A DNA stretch of 63,867 bases, filler included, from Octopus bimaculoides (GCF_001194135.2; 5 parts of 5 records of this genome joined end to end with filler, not necessarily neighbours in it), one strand, 5' to 3'. Positions 13,140 to 26,419 are shown, counted from the first letter of the whole stretch. Translations and numbers: made by a program. Notes: generated by a model not told the origin, from the sequence alone.

Positions 13140-13289
13140 AAATACTGGCCACCAGAGTCCAGCAGATAAATATCCTTGGTGGTAATTTCTCGATTAGTGA
13201 CGTTGGTTGGGCGGTAATGAATTATGGCACCGTTTGGGCCAGATCCTGAAATACTGTCAAAACTCAAACCGCGGTTGTATTTCTGCTTA
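13140..13289 (-). CDS. XPNPEP: Xaa-Pro aminopeptidase internal exon with first metal-ligand Asp
   Basis: Acceptor ttttttctcatttcag, donor TT|gtaagt; 150 nt, phase 2-2; KQKYNRGLSFDSISGSGPNGAIIHYRPTNVTNREITTKDIYLLDSGGQY(L) carries the diagnostic GPNGAIIHY and DSGGQY motifs. Confidence 0.97.
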
Positions 13290-13765
13290 CTGAAATGAGA
13301 AAAAATGTATTCAATTTCAGGTCGTGTTTAATACAGATAACACAACAAATAGCACAAGTCCTCCAGAGAGTAAGCGTCAATGCAATTACTCAAACTGCTA
13401 GTAATAGCAACCAAATCTCCTTTAAATGATACTGCCTAATATATATAGATGAATGACAATACCTGCTCGTGTAAAAGATTTAAAAAAATTAATTTGAATT
13501 TTTCAAGTTCGAATAAAAATAATATTGTTCATTTATTTATTGTTAATTTATTTTTTAATTCTAATTTATTTTTTGAAGGGCATCCAGCCATAGAAACCAT
13601 GCTAAAGACTGGAATGTACACGCGGGACATAGTCCTCTCACCCTTCTTAAAGGTTAGTAACTCCGAATAAGACTTGACTGAAACAATGACGAGCCATTGA
13701 CCTAAAGCCGTTGTTCAATGAGTCGAAGAAGCCACGAGCCAGCGAAGGAAATTCTATATAGACAG

Positions 13766-13858
13766 ACGCTTGGCCGGGTAGAAAGAGTCGCCAATTCTCC
13801 AACTAATCACGCTTGGCCGGGTAGAAAGAGTCGCCAATTCTCCAACTAATCACGCTTG
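13766..13858. repeat. Perfect 43-bp tandem duplication
   Basis: ACGCTTGGCCGGGTAGAAAGAGTCGCCAATTCTCCAACTAATC twice, then ACGCTTG. Confidence 0.95.
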
Positions 13859-14345
13859 TCGTAAAAACAAAACAGGATACATCAGATGACATAATCCTAG
13901 CTACCTTTTAAAAAGATGGACAGATCGTGAATGAAATTCCATTGATAATTGATTTGCACAGTAAAAGCTGACTTATAGGCTAAACAACAACAAAAAAACT
14001 CAAGTCCTCAAGATAGTAAGCATCTATGCAGTTACTCGAACTGCTAGTAATAGCAGCCAAATCTCCCTTAAATAAGACACTACCGTCTTAAATAAGGAAG
14101 TTCATATTGGAATAATGTAATAATATGGTCACGGATAAAACAATACAAATGCGATGGTTATGGCTGGAACGTCTCTATTCATAGGTCGTTTAGTCAGAGC
14201 TAACTTGGAGTTAATGACCAACGACAGGCTATAAATAATGGTTTCTTACTATCTTCTACCCATCCGTCTTAGAGACTCTGTAGTACGGCAGCAGCCATTT
14301 CTTCTCTGACAAACCTGTAAAATTTAAATCTTAATTATTATTTAC

Positions 14346-14407
14346 CTTCTTGTCTTCGAAAGTTCTTTTGCTGCTGAGATTTCTGTCCACATTTCTCCTG
14401 CTTTCAC
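14346..14407 (-). CDS. XPNPEP: Xaa-Pro aminopeptidase internal exon
   Basis: Acceptor tatatttattag, donor AG|gtaaat; 62 nt, phase 0-2; VKAGEMWTEISAAKELSKTR(S) carries the TEISAA motif. Confidence 0.95.
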
Positions 14408-15078
14408 CTAATAAATATACAAATAAATATAAATTGTTTTGGGCTGACATTATAACTCGTTATCATCAGGATTTAATGTCTACTTTCCATGTTGGCACGG
14501 GTTGGACGGTTTCACAAGATCCGGCGAGCATTAGGGCTGCATAAAGCTCCAATGTTAGCTTGGCGCAATTTCTATGGCTGGATGCGCTTCCTAAAATCAA
14601 CCACTTTACAATGTGTAGTTGGTGCGTTTCTCGTGCCCCGGCACTAGGGAGATCGCCAACTAGCTTGAAAGAGAGGAACAGGAAAAGGAAAAGGAAAAAA
14701 AAGACTCTCGACTACGTATGGGGTGGAGAGTATTTGAGAGAGGGAGGTGGATTTATGCCAGGTGTTGAGATGCGAATTTCAGACACAGAGACAAACACAA
14801 ATGTCTTGCTATAGAGATCATACATGGTTACCCCACGTTATACTAGGGTGAAAAAGAGAAGCTGGGAAAGAAAATAAAAATGATAGAGATGGGCTGCCAG
14901 AGGAAACCCTCAAGTTACGAGGTGAGCATGAGGTATGATACGGACACTGGATCAGAGGGTAGAGGAGAGGGTGGGTAGCTTCATAAGAATGTAAGGAGAG
15001 AGAAATATCTTTACAAGGAAAAGATTGACCTATGAAATCAAAGCTTGGGTTAACTTGCAGAGTAATTTTGGTTCCTCA

Positions 15079-15111
<33 letters not shown>

Positions 15112-15114
15112 CCT

Positions 15115-15533
15115 TTCTAATAAGGCACAAGGCCTGAAATTTAGTGGGAGGGGACTAGTCGATCACTGGTACTTAATTTATCGACCCCGAAAGGATGAAA
15201 GACAAAGTCAACTTTGGCGGAATTTGAACTCAGAACGTAGCAACAGGCGAAATACCGCTAAGCTCTTCACTCAGCGTGCTAACCATTCTGCCAGCTCGCC
15301 GCCTTAATAACAATAATTTTTTGTTTACTCTAGGTACAAGGCTCGAAACTTTGGGGGAGGGAAGGGCCAGTCGATTAGATCGATCCCCAGTACGCAACTG
15401 GTAGTTAATTTATCGACCCCGAAAGGATGAAAGGCAAAGTCGACCTCGGCGGAATTTGAACTCAAAACAAAGACAGACGAAATACTGCTAAGCATTTCGT
15501 CCGGCGTGCCAACGTTTCTGCCAGCTCGTCGCC

Positions 15534-15535
<2 letters not shown>
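15115..15535 (-). mobile_element. Two tandem SINE family A copies amid (TAA)n/(GAA)n
   Basis: Reverse-complement family A bodies at about 15115-15306 and 15325-15535. Confidence 0.85.
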
Positions 15536-15564
<29 letters not shown>

Positions 15565-16373
15565 GAAGAAGAAGAAGAAGAAGAAGAAGAAAAAGAAGAA
15601 AAAGAAGAAGAAGAAGAAGAAAACAGATGCATGACTTTTCTTGTATTGTTACACCTGTTTCATTAAGCGTCTTTATTGTGACATAAATATGGTACAGTCA
15701 GATATGTAGTCTGCGCAACATTCATAATAGATGCATCCATAAGTAATGCACAACATACAAAGTTAATGGGTTTTAGAACACCGGCATCTTTCTTCCATAA
15801 TGTTTTGATAGAGTTAAATGTCACACTTGGTGCTTACTATCTGATGGTATATAATCTTTTGTTTTTTTTTTATCCATACCAGCTTTTATAAACGATGTCG
15901 CTAAGTTTAATAACATCTTTAGAGTAGATATGCTTTTTGACTATTTTATAATTTACAACCTGGTTCTGCTATCCACCCTTGTGATTGACTGGCTGTTGTA
16001 CCACCCAATTTACATCTCTTAAATGTTGGTAATTCTGGTTTGAAATTTCACCTTGTCGATGAACTGTTGATTCAAGAAGATGTCACTGCTCGCTTGTATA
16101 TTTGGTAAGCCTGATGATTTGAGAGTTGCGTATCGCATTACATAATGTTATGGATGTTGTGTATAAGACGTATCTAACTGTATCATGTTTACGTTACAAT
16201 AAAGACTCTTAATGAACCAGTTGTTCTAATATTAGATCACACATTCGTTTGTTTTTGTTATGTTTGTACACCACACCCAAGCTTCCATTCATCTTTGCGC
16301 ACTTTTGAATATTACTGGAGTTGCAGAGTACCAAACAGCAATGAACTTCCCTTCATTAATGCATTCTGTGCTA

Positions 16374-16444
<71 letters not shown>

Positions 16445-16479
16445 GTATTAAATTACTTTGTTTTTTTTCTTTGACTTAC

Positions 16480-16530
16480 CTCTTTCTCCAGTTTTTCAAT
16501 AAAGTCTATTAAAGCTACAGCATCTCTAAT
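16480..16530 (-). CDS. XPNPEP: Xaa-Pro aminopeptidase internal exon
   Basis: Acceptor ttttttctttctttcaag, donor GAG|gtaagt; 51 nt, phase 0-0; IRDAVALIDFIEKLEKE. Confidence 0.95.
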
Positions 16531-17475
16531 CTTGAAAGAAAGAAAAAACAAAAAATAATTGTACAAACAAGAATATTTTGTTGTATCTTGGGAGGGTAAT
16601 TTTGCCAAGAAAAACACAGGCACTGATGTTATATTTCATTTAATATTAATAGCTGATTAGTTAACTTACTAAACATTTAACTTATTGGTTGCTTGACTAA
16701 TCGCTTGATCAATCAGATTAGCTGTTCTGACAAACCAACTGATTAATTAAACGATTGGTCAAGCAATGGTTTAGTTAAAAGTTTAACTAGTTGACTAGTA
16801 ACAATAAAAGGAGGAAAATATAATCAGTACGTGTGTTGTCATTAGCAAAAGGATCTTCCCACAATATGACGACATCGGTTTCAACTCGCGATATTTCACA
16901 TCATGAATCTGGCAAAATAAATTCAAAACTGAAATAAAAATATTTTACTCGCAGAAGATATATAAGTAAATAGAATTTAAATTTATAGCTTAATTAATGA
17001 GCTGTCATTTAAATGATCTGTCCAACAAAGATTAATGATTGTGATGTTATTTACATCGTAAAAAGTTATAATAACAATAACAATTATAATGATGGTAAAT
17101 TTCGAAAAGATTTAATTAAACTAATATACGAAAAACTGTAAATTAGTTTGATAATTAGTGAAATACCTCATTAAATCAGATACAGAAATCATTCACACAA
17201 AAAACATGATATTATTACTTTATATATATATATATATATATATAATTAACATAATATGGTAAAAATTCACACGTACATACACAAGTATATATNNNNNNNN
17301 NNNNNNNNNNNNNNNNNNNNNNNNNNNNNNNNNNNNNNNNNNNNNNNNNNNNNNNNNNNNNNNNNNNNNNNNNNNNNNNNNNNNNNNNNNNNNNNNNNNN
17401 NNNNNNNNNNNNNNNNNNNNNNNNNNNNNNNNNNNNNNNNNNNNNNNNNNNNNNNNNNNNNNNTATTAATACCTT

Positions 17476-17695
17476 TAAGGCGGCGAGCTGGCAGAAACGT
17501 TAGTATGCTGGGCGAAATGCTTAGCGGTATTTCGTCTGTCTTTACATTCTGAGTTCAAATTCCGCCGAGATCGACTTTGCCTTTTATACTTTCGGGGTCG
17601 ATAAATTAAGTACCAGTTGCGAACTGGGGTCGATCTAATCGACTGGTCCCCTTCCCCAAAATTTCGAGCCTTGTGCCAAGAGTAGAAAAGATTAT
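17476..17695 (+). mobile_element. SINE family A
   Basis: Complete head and body. Confidence 0.85.
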
Positions 17696-18006
17696 TAAAA
17701 CCTTAATCAACTTTGAGATACACTGTTCAAAAAGGAAAAAAAAAATTATTTCACGCTGCTTCGAAGTTAACACATTCTTAAAACGTCTGCAATGTGTGTG
17801 TGTGTGTCTGGTTAAGAAGTTCCTTTTGCAACTCCATGGCTTTGCATTCGTAGCACTTTTGGCAAACAGTGCGAGAAGCCCAGTGGAAGTGATTAATGTT
17901 GTTCTTTAGTGACAGACAGTCCGTCACCCGATTTAACGCCCGACTCGTGTTATTACCGTTGTTGTTACTACTACTACTACTAAAACTACTACTACTAAAT
18001 ACTCAC

Positions 18007-18093
18007 ATGTGCGTTCTCCATGCCCTTACGTTCAACTTCATTTTTGACAGATTTCATCATGGCAACTGGTGATACTGTCATAAATCTTTGGTC
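18007..18093 (-). CDS. XPNPEP: Xaa-Pro aminopeptidase internal exon
   Basis: Acceptor attcctttttcag, donor CAT|gtgagt; 87 nt, phase 0-0; DQRFMTVSPVAMMKSVKNEVERKGMENAH fits the SPxxxxKAVKNxxExxGMxxAH motif. Confidence 0.95.
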
Positions 18094-18599
18094 CTGAAAA
18101 AGGAATATATATATATATTATATATATAGATATAGATATAGATATGCAGGGCAGGGAATCGTCAATTAGTAATATGTTGGAGAAGCAGGTTACTGTCAAT
18201 CCCTATATATTTATGATTTTTTATATATANNNNNNNNNNNNNNNNNNNNNNNNNNNNNNNNNNNNNNNNNNNNNNNNNNNNNNNNNNNNNNNNNNNNNNN
18301 NNNNNNNNNNNNNNNNNNNNNNNNNNNNNNNNNNNNNNNNNNNNNNNNNNNNNNNNNNNNNNNNNNNNNNNNNNNNNNNNNNNNNNNNNNNNNNNNNNNN
18401 NNNNNNNNNNNNNNNNNNNNNNNNNNNNNNNNNNNNNNNNNNNNNNNNNNNNNAACAACGATTCACAGAGTAAAAGAACTGTCAGAGAGAGATTTATTAA
18501 CACAATGGCAATCTTAAAATATCGACAGTATGTGGGATATTCTTTTCCTTTTTATTTTGAAATGGCTTAATCAGTGGAAGAATAGTAGCTCCTGCGAAC

Positions 18600-19005
18600 C
18601 TTTATAGGAACCCGAGAGTAGTGGGAGAAAAAAGTTATTTTCAAAATCCTCAAAACCAAGGACCTGTCCCAAAGGCCTTCAGTACAGGGGACAGTATAAT
18701 GTACCAAATAACCATGTGGTATTGTTCAATATGTTGGATTAGGTCTTCCATCAAAAAGATAGGATGGTCATATAAACAGGCTTCAATACAATTTTTCACT
18801 ACTAAAATTTCATTCTCAAAAATTTGGCCAACATCCAAAATGCAGCGCGATAGTATTGAAACCGAAATGAAGCAACGCAGCCATACTTCGATAGAAGTTC
18901 GTTTTGCTACGATAGAGTTTTGGGGTTCTATCATAATGCACAACACCTTTATGCAAGAAGTCTTTTTCTACCACCATAGCATCGGATCGACCGAAGTCAT
19001 GTGAT
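18600..19005 (-). mobile_element. Degenerate mariner transposase remnant
   Basis: Frameshifted PMLWW...KGVVHYD and VVKNCIEA...YH segments resemble mariner VMLCVWWDxKGVVHYELL and later motifs. Confidence 0.4.
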
Positions 19006-19619
19006 AGAAATTTAGTGGGTGAAATCTGAACGGAAGCTCTTTCTGTGTGTGTGTGTGTGTGTGTTTGTGTGTGTGTGTGCGTGTGAGTGAGAGAGAGAGA
19101 AGTGAAAGCTGAAGATAGTATTCATCTGATTCAATAGCTTTCCGCTTCACACCACATTATGCATAAATGATTATGCGTGATAAATTACACAAGACTTGTT
19201 TAAGATATAGAAGGCTGAACGTGTGAGGAATGGAATCCTCATCAGATGCTTATTAAACTAGTTTATAACAATTGATATGCTAAAAGGACATTTTCTGTGG
19301 TTTATACATTGAAAAGGTGAAGGCACATGGTGTAGTGGTTAAGGTATTGCACTCATGATCTAGTAATTGTGGGCTCGATTCCCGGATCGGTCGATTCCCA
19401 GATCGGGCTTTTGAGCAAAACACTTCATTTCACGTTGTTCCAGTCCACTCAGCCGTAAATGAGTAACCCTACGACGAATAGACTTCCGATAAGGGGAATA
19501 TTGGCCTGCTCACCTAGCCAGCGAAGTGACATCATTCAAAAGCCAGTCACAATGCGAAACGCATCGTGACTGGCGAGGTTCCGGTCGGTGTCGTGATACT
19601 GTGACATATTGAAAGGAAC

Positions 19620-20470
19620 AAAGAAAAAGTACCAATAATTATACTTACTTTATTGATCTCACGGGCCACAGAAAGAAAAATGACATTTAGAGCAATACAA
19701 AGACATGAACACGCGTAAAGACTAAAAGCAATAACAATTAACCAGAAAATTATAACAAAATTTCCCAACCGGGGTTAAATACCACTAAGGGGCAACCAAG
19801 CAACCCCACAGATCCCGAGTCATCCTTCTCCAACGGCAAGTGCTCTTCTCCTACTTTTTAGCCCACATGTGCATTCTTAGAGTAGGTTCATTCATTCGGG
19901 CAATTCTCACTACATATCAGCCACCTTTTAACAAATTTGCTGGGCGTGGGTACCAACTCACTACGCTCTCCCTTTTCTTTCCAAGTGGAACTCGGAAAGT
20001 TATTGAGGGCTTGGCCGAAAAGGAAAGTATCTGCCTTCAGCCCTTCAGTTGTATTATCAACTACAACCTCTTTCGTCATAGTCACCAGACAGTAGAAAAC
20101 TGCTTACCCTTTCATATCAAAGAAAGGCGGTGAGGTGATCTTCATAATGGAGTTGGCTGGTAAGTGGTTCTTTCCTACAGCTTTTCGACAAAGCACCACA
20201 AATCAGCAATGCTCGAGTTCAGTACGGTACGTTCAAGACAGTTTCTTCGCTCTGTGTGATTCTCGACAGGCGCAATTGACGGCACTGCTGTGCCTAAAGG
20301 ATTTATCCCAAACCAGTAATGCTTCTCTACTGTAACACTGCCAGGTCAAGGATTTCTGGAAATTATCCGTGGCCCCCGGTGCAAAAGTCCTCTGGAAAAG
20401 ACCAGCTGCTTGATTTTCATCGACGTCCATCGACGTCCAAGGACATCGTCGTTCTTACCTACCATTAATT
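19620..20470 (-). mobile_element. Tx1/L1-clade LINE 3' fragment (zf-RVT region plus 3' UTR)
   Basis: DNFQKSLTWQCY.REALLV.DK.FRHSSAVN.AC, then SEETVL, LVTMTKEVV, LKADTFLFGQAL and KFVKRW; AATAAA near the 3' end (about 19645-19650). Confidence 0.7.
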
Positions 20471-22299
20471 TTCTACAGGACACCATGATACACCATCCAT
20501 CAATCTCCTTGTCAAACTGATAAACATTTGGACCTGGTTTGCGTCCATCTTCCCCTCACCAATCATTGTTCACACTCCGCCTCTTGTCTAAACGATAGGA
20601 AGTTGATGAAATAGTGCCCCAATATATTGCTGGTAATTATTTTATACCCGCAGGAAAATGAAAGCCAAAGTAAGACTTGGCGATACCTTTTATTCGTTTC
20701 ATAGTTTCAGTGAAGAAGAATGTGTATCCAAGATGCTTACAGACCCTCCGAGGCTGATCAAACAGATAAAAATGATAACCATCTTGTAGAATTGCAAGAC
20801 GACGACTGCAGGAAAACCATGGGCGCCGGAAAAAGTGTTCAGAGGTTTTAGCTGTGGTTGTTCATGTTAGCATTTCATATTCACTCCAATAATGTTTATC
20901 CACTTATAACAAATTTTATATCGCGCCAAGTACTTTTACTCAGTATATCTCCAGTTACATCAATAACAGCATGCTGTAAATTGAAGAATCCTTGTTTCCA
21001 TAAAGTGCAATCGTTGATGGAGTTGTTGTTACACAAAATGTGGTCGTAAAGATACCGTATTCGTGACGAGTGTTAGGAGAGAATACAGAATTGTATCGAG
21101 TGGTCATTAGGTGAAACGTAACTAGTTAGCTCTGAGGAGCAAATTATGGCAGGGGTAGAAAAGACAGAATGAGGATAATAGTGCATCTGTAGGCTGGATT
21201 TGGAAGTATAATGACCAGTGATTTCATGCTAGTTGGTGGATACTTTAATAGTATTCACCCTACCAAAAACATTCGGAATAGATCTTTGATCTGTGGTTAA
21301 CTTACTATGTTGATGCTTTTCAGGAAAATAATTTAATTGAAACTTTGCCGTACACACACAACTTAGACTTCTCCACGAATATAACCAGGAATTTTGTATC
21401 CCTTGCAAGGCACCATTTCTCACCTACCCACAAGTATTATAAGTTTTTTAATGTACACGATGTTAAGGTTAACTATTTTTGCCAAGGGATGTTGTCTGGG
21501 CCACAATCGAAAATACACATCTACGTGACTTTCTACAAAACAATAACTGTAACCTTATGTCGAAATCAATCCACTTAACTCTTGAGGGGGTTCTTGTATC
21601 TCCAAAGAGCATCGGTTAGGCCACTTGAAGGTATCCAGAGAGGCCACCTGAAGGTATCCAGAGGAACGGCACTGGGCTCAGTGCTAATGTACACTACAGT
21701 TAACATTTGTACACTTTTAGGTCTAGAAACAGGCAAAACTCTAATTCCCTGCTCGAAATTATCTCGAAGCTTGGGGATGAAAGACAACCTCCCAACTTTA
21801 ACTTGAATATTTTAACAAAGCTACTACTTATTCCAGCGGATCACGTCACTATAGATTTTGCCTAAGAAGTTCCATATACTAAAACAGCTTATGGTCTGCA
21901 ACTTCGCAATTTCACTACCCTTTTGTCTCCAAAAACGGTTAAATACCTGCTAGGAAGAGTAGAAGACATTGTTACAAAGTAGAATTAAGTACGCCGTATA
22001 TTTTTAACTGTAATCTCGAAGAAATATGACAGTAGCGACGAAACAACAGAAACAACAACGGTGGTCTAACATAGGTGAGACTATGCAGCCAGTCGATTTG
22101 CAAACCAAATACCCTTACAATCTCACTTTAAACAGAAAAACATGTAGATCAATGATTTCCTAGATGTACAAAAAAAAAAAAAAAAAAAAAAAAGCAGGAT
22201 GGTCAAGACTGAAATACTTTTAGTCTTACGCCTGCTTGATCGGATTTTACGTAAGTCTAAGTGACAACAGTAAAATGTTTTTATATAACTGACTTTTAC

Positions 22300-22413
22300 C
22301 TCAGGAATTAAGTCGTAGATAGCATAACTGCACGTTTCAGGGATCCATATTTTGCGGTGTAAATTATAGACCAATTCTTTGATGTCTTTAAGAATAGCAT
22401 TGTAATTCAAAAC
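22300..22413 (-). CDS. XPNPEP: Xaa-Pro aminopeptidase (aminopeptidase P, M24B) internal exon, first visible
   Basis: Acceptor ttttttctatttttgtag, donor GAG|gtaaaa; 114 nt, phase 0-0; VLNYNAILKDIKELVYNLHRKIWIPETCSYAIYDLIPE matches the 'KVWxxxxxSYA' region of XPNPEP proteins and splices in frame to the six exons below. Confidence 0.9.
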
Positions 22414-22439
22414 CTACAAAAATAGAAAAAAATATAATT

Positions 22440-22472
<33 letters not shown>

Positions 22473-22684
22473 GAGTCAAAATTAAAAGAAGAGTGCCATT
22501 TGTTATCTGGTGAACGATATTTCGACATCTCGTGTGTCTTCAACTGGTTCAAAAAATAAATTTGTCAATCTACTTCATTTTGGTTAATATAGAAAGGATT
22601 GAGGTAACTCCTCCTGAAGATATAGAGTCAAAATTAAAAGAAGAGTGCCATTTGTTATCTGGTGAACGATATTTCGACATCTCG

Positions 22685-22784
22685 NNNNNNNNNNNNNNNN
22701 NNNNNNNNNNNNNNNNNNNNNNNNNNNNTTAATTAATTAANNNNNNNNNNNNNNNNNNNNNNNNNNNNNNNNNNNNNNNNNNNN
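22685..22784. other. Artificial scaffold linker (44 N + TTAATTAATTAA + 44 N)
   Basis: The 12-mer is a palindrome with stops in all six frames, centred in an exactly 100-bp spacer. Confidence 0.9.
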
Positions 22785-23371
22785 GTGTGTGTGTGTGCGT
22801 GTGTCTGTGTGTGTCTGTGTTTGTCCCCCAACATCGCTTGACAACCGATGCTGTTGTGTTTACGTCCCCGAAACTTAGCGGTTCGGCAAAAGAGACCGAT
22901 TGAATAAGTACTAGGCTTACAAAGAATAAGACGTAGGGTCGATTTGCTCGACTAAAAGGCGGTGCTTCAGCATGGCCGCAGTCAAATGACTGAAACAAGT
23001 AAAAGAGTAAAAAGAGAGAGTAATTCATAATTTATCAATAAACTTAATATTGCTTCAATACAACAATAGATTTTTTTCACATTTGGATTTTACTTGTGAA
23101 ATTCATCACATCATGTTATCGAAATTCCCTGGGTTTCCCCATGATTTCAACGGTAAATACTTCCACTTCGCTGTAAATTCACGATCTGCGAAGATTCTGT
23201 TGAAGTGTGCATATTTTTCAATCTGAAATTATTCTTGAGGTCGACCGGTAATTACTGTACAATGCCCTCGTATTATAAGCCAGTGATATTAAAAACTAAT
23301 GTTTTTGGCCTGCAGAAATTACCCTCAGCCTATACGCCGAGGTGGTTTATATGCCGGTACATCTCAGAATA

Positions 23372-23751
23372 GTGGAGGCGCAATGGCCTAGTGGTTAGGG
23401 CAGCGGACACGCGGTCATAGGATCGCGGTTTCGATTCCCAGACCGGTCGTTGTGAGTGTTTATTGAGCGAAACACCTAAAGCTCCACGAGGCTCCGGCAG
23501 GGGATGGTGGCGAACCCTGCTGTACTCTTTCACCACAACTTTCTCTCACTCTTACTTCTTGTTTCTGTTGTGCCTGTATTTCAAAGGGTCAGCCTTGTCA
23601 CACTGTGTCACGCTGAATATCCCCGAGAGCTACGTTAAGGATACACGTGTCTGTGGAGTGCTCAGCCACTCGCACGTTAATTTCACGAGCAGGCTGTTCC
23701 GTTGATCGGATCAACTGGAATCCTCGACGCCGTAAGCGACGGAGTGCCAAC
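23372..23751 (+). mobile_element. tRNA-head SINE, family C (my label)
   Basis: GGAGGCGCAATGGCCTAGTGGTTAGGGCAGCGG head, GTTTCGATTCCC B box, 3' end GATCGGATCAACTGGAA...GGAGTGCCAAC; near-identical copies at 50706-51041 and 51410-51795. Confidence 0.88.
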
Positions 23752-24049
23752 TAACTAACATCTCAATTATATTTGTTGAGCAAATGATTTGATCTGAGAT
23801 TGCGAGTTGAAATTAAAACAATTACAGCGTGGAAGATACATATATAAGCCATTCAAAAGTACACAAAACTGTTAGCTTCACTTAAACATTTATCATTTGA
23901 TATCAGTGACCAGATCGCAGTTACTGCGACACCAAATGATAAAGTTTTAAGCGAAGTTAACAGTTTTTGCGTGTTTTCGGATGGCTTGTAAGTATCTTGT
24001 ATGCAAAAATTGTTTTAAATATAATATTCCTCAGAAAAGAATTCTAAAT

Positions 24050-25245
24050 GTTTTTCGAAGCATCTTATCGACATGTTTTTACTTATTTTGTAGATTTTTA
24101 CTCCTTATATCCTTCCTTTAAATTTCAGAATATTTTCTCATTTATAGATATATTTTCCTGATTATTTGGAGTTTATTTTTTCCTGTCTTTCATACCAGAT
24201 TCCTCTCCTTTCATCTCATTAGATAAGGATACATCTTCTTGTTTTCTTTTTCAATTTTATAGCATATATTAATATATATCCTTTCTTTTTAAATGATATT
24301 AAAGGAGACGTTTGGGTAAAGATATTCTTACTCTATTAGAATCGAGAAGATATCTATTAATCCATGTTTATTGATTACGTTATTGTCACTTCTGCATTCT
24401 TTATTCTTTCTGATAAATTTCGCTCAATATTAAATATGGTCACACAATGGTGGTATATGTCTTTATCGCGTTTCTTTTTAGGAGTGCTGTCGAGGCTGTA
24501 ACTTTATTGTGATTGGATAGCTGGTTGTTTATTTTCATGGATATCTTTTGTGGTATTCATACTCGTTTTGAGTTTGTTCTTTTTTTATACACATTATTTT
24601 CGACTGTAGCGAAGGTGCAAGGCTTAGTGGTTAGAGAATTCGAGTCGCTATCGTAAAGTCATGAGTTCGGATTTGGTAGACGGAAACTGAAAGAAGCCTG
24701 TCGTATATATGTATATATATATATGTGTGTGCACGTGTGTGTATATGTTTGTGTGTCTGTGTTTGTCCCACCAACATCGCTTGACAACCGATGCTGGTGT
24801 GTTTACGTCCCGTAATCTAGCGGTTCGGCAAAAGAGACCAATAGAATAAGTACTAGGCTTCCAAAGAATAAGTCCTGNNNNNNNNNNAAAGAGACCAATA
24901 GAATAAGTACTAGGCTTCCAAAGAATAAGTCCTGGGGTCGATTTTCTCGACTAAAGGCGATGCTCCAGCATGGCCGCAGTCAAATGACTGAAACAAGTAA
25001 AAGAGTAAAAGAGTAAAAGAGAGTATATAAAAATTATACGTAGGACCAGTAGTATGTTTATTTTTTAAGATGCTGTGTGCTTGCTGGGATGTTTGGATGA
25101 TTTCTATGTGCGTAGAATGCTCTTAGCTAATGCAATGCTGTTATTGTGAGTGATGCTTGTATGTTGGAATATGTGGTCCATTAGTTGTTTATTGTTTGCA
25201 CTTTTGGCAGTATAGTTAATGATGTTTTGTTCGTGGAGGTGAACT
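24050..25245 (-). mobile_element. Probable very old Penelope-like debris interrupted by a SINE
   Basis: Fragments such as LMDHIFQHTSITHNNSIALAKSIL and K/N-rich stop-ridden frames; weak similarity only. Confidence 0.25.
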
Positions 25246-25682
25246 CAAAGAACGCATTCAGTCAGCAACGCAGGAAATGACTCCCGAAACGCTTCGAAGT
25301 GTGTTTCGCGATACTTAAGGATAGATTTGGAATTTGAAAGGATACAGACGGAGCGCAAGGTGAACACATTTAATGTTTAGGGGTAGAATAAGATGAGGGA
25401 ATCGAACACTGAACGATGAGAGAAAAGGTCAGAAAAGAATGTTATCGCAAGGCAAGGACAATACTCACGACAAAACACAATAGAACATTTTGTACACTTT
25501 TAACACACATTAAACGTGATGCGCATCTGGTCCTCAATAGAATCAGAGTTGACTTGGTGCTAAATATTGTTAGCAGTGGCAGCAGTAATAGCAACAACAG
25601 CAACAACACAAGAAGATGGGCGCCAGGGCTCGTCTAATGTCAATAAGCAGTTTAAGGAATAAATAATTAATGTCACACAATA

Positions 25683-25730
<48 letters not shown>

Positions 25731-25784
25731 TATATCTGTCTGTTTCTCACTCTCTCTCTCTCTTTCTCAGTCTTGTTCTATTTC

Positions 25785-25826
<42 letters not shown>

Positions 25827-26027
25827 NNNNNNNNNNNNNNNNNNNNNNNNNNNNNNNNNNNNNNNNNNNNNNNNNNNNNNNNNNNNNNNNNNNNNNNNNN
25901 NNNNNNNNNNNNNNNNNNNNNNNNNNNNNNNNNNNNNNNNNNNNNNNNNNNNNNNNNNNNNNNNNNNNNNNNNNNNNNNNNNNNNNNNNNNNNNNNNNNN
26001 NNNNNNNNNNNNNNNNNNNNNNNNNNN

Positions 26028-26058
<31 letters not shown>

Positions 26059-26304
26059 TTCTCTCTCCTCTCTCTCTCTCTCTCCTCCTTTTGCTTCTAT
26101 CCCATATAACGCATATGCTTATGTAGATATTTATTTTTCAACCGACTACAAAATTATTCCATATCTCACTGAAGTAAGCGAGGCTCTCTATCGAAATCGA
26201 TACACGTATCAACAATAATTTGCTTCCAGGCGACTTGCTATGGACATTGAAAAAAAAAACAAAAAAAAACCTCTCTGCAATAAAAGGTGATAAAAACTTT
26301 ATGA

Positions 26305-26419
26305 GTTTACGGCCATATCAAGTTCAAGCCTCGATTCTCATCCTATCACCGAAATCAAGCAACATCGACCCTTGTTAATGCTTAAGTGACTGCTTAGGAA
26401 ATGCAGATGCTGTAAGCAT
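26305..26419 (+). pseudogene. 5S rRNA pseudogene
   Basis: GTTTACGGCCATATCAAGTTCAAGCCTCGATTCTCATCCTATCACCGAAATCAAGCAACATCGACCC...GTGACTGCTTAGGAAATGCAGATGCTGTAAGC is colinear with metazoan 5S (GTCTACGGCCATACCAC...GATCACCGAAGTTAAGC...GGGTGCTGTAGGC), with many substitutions and a deletion near box C. Confidence 0.8.

Noticed and set aside
22471-22684. 152-bp-period duplication translating as IERIEVTPPEDIESKLKEECHLL
   Set aside because: The period is not a multiple of three, it sits at a contig end, and no homology is recognisable.
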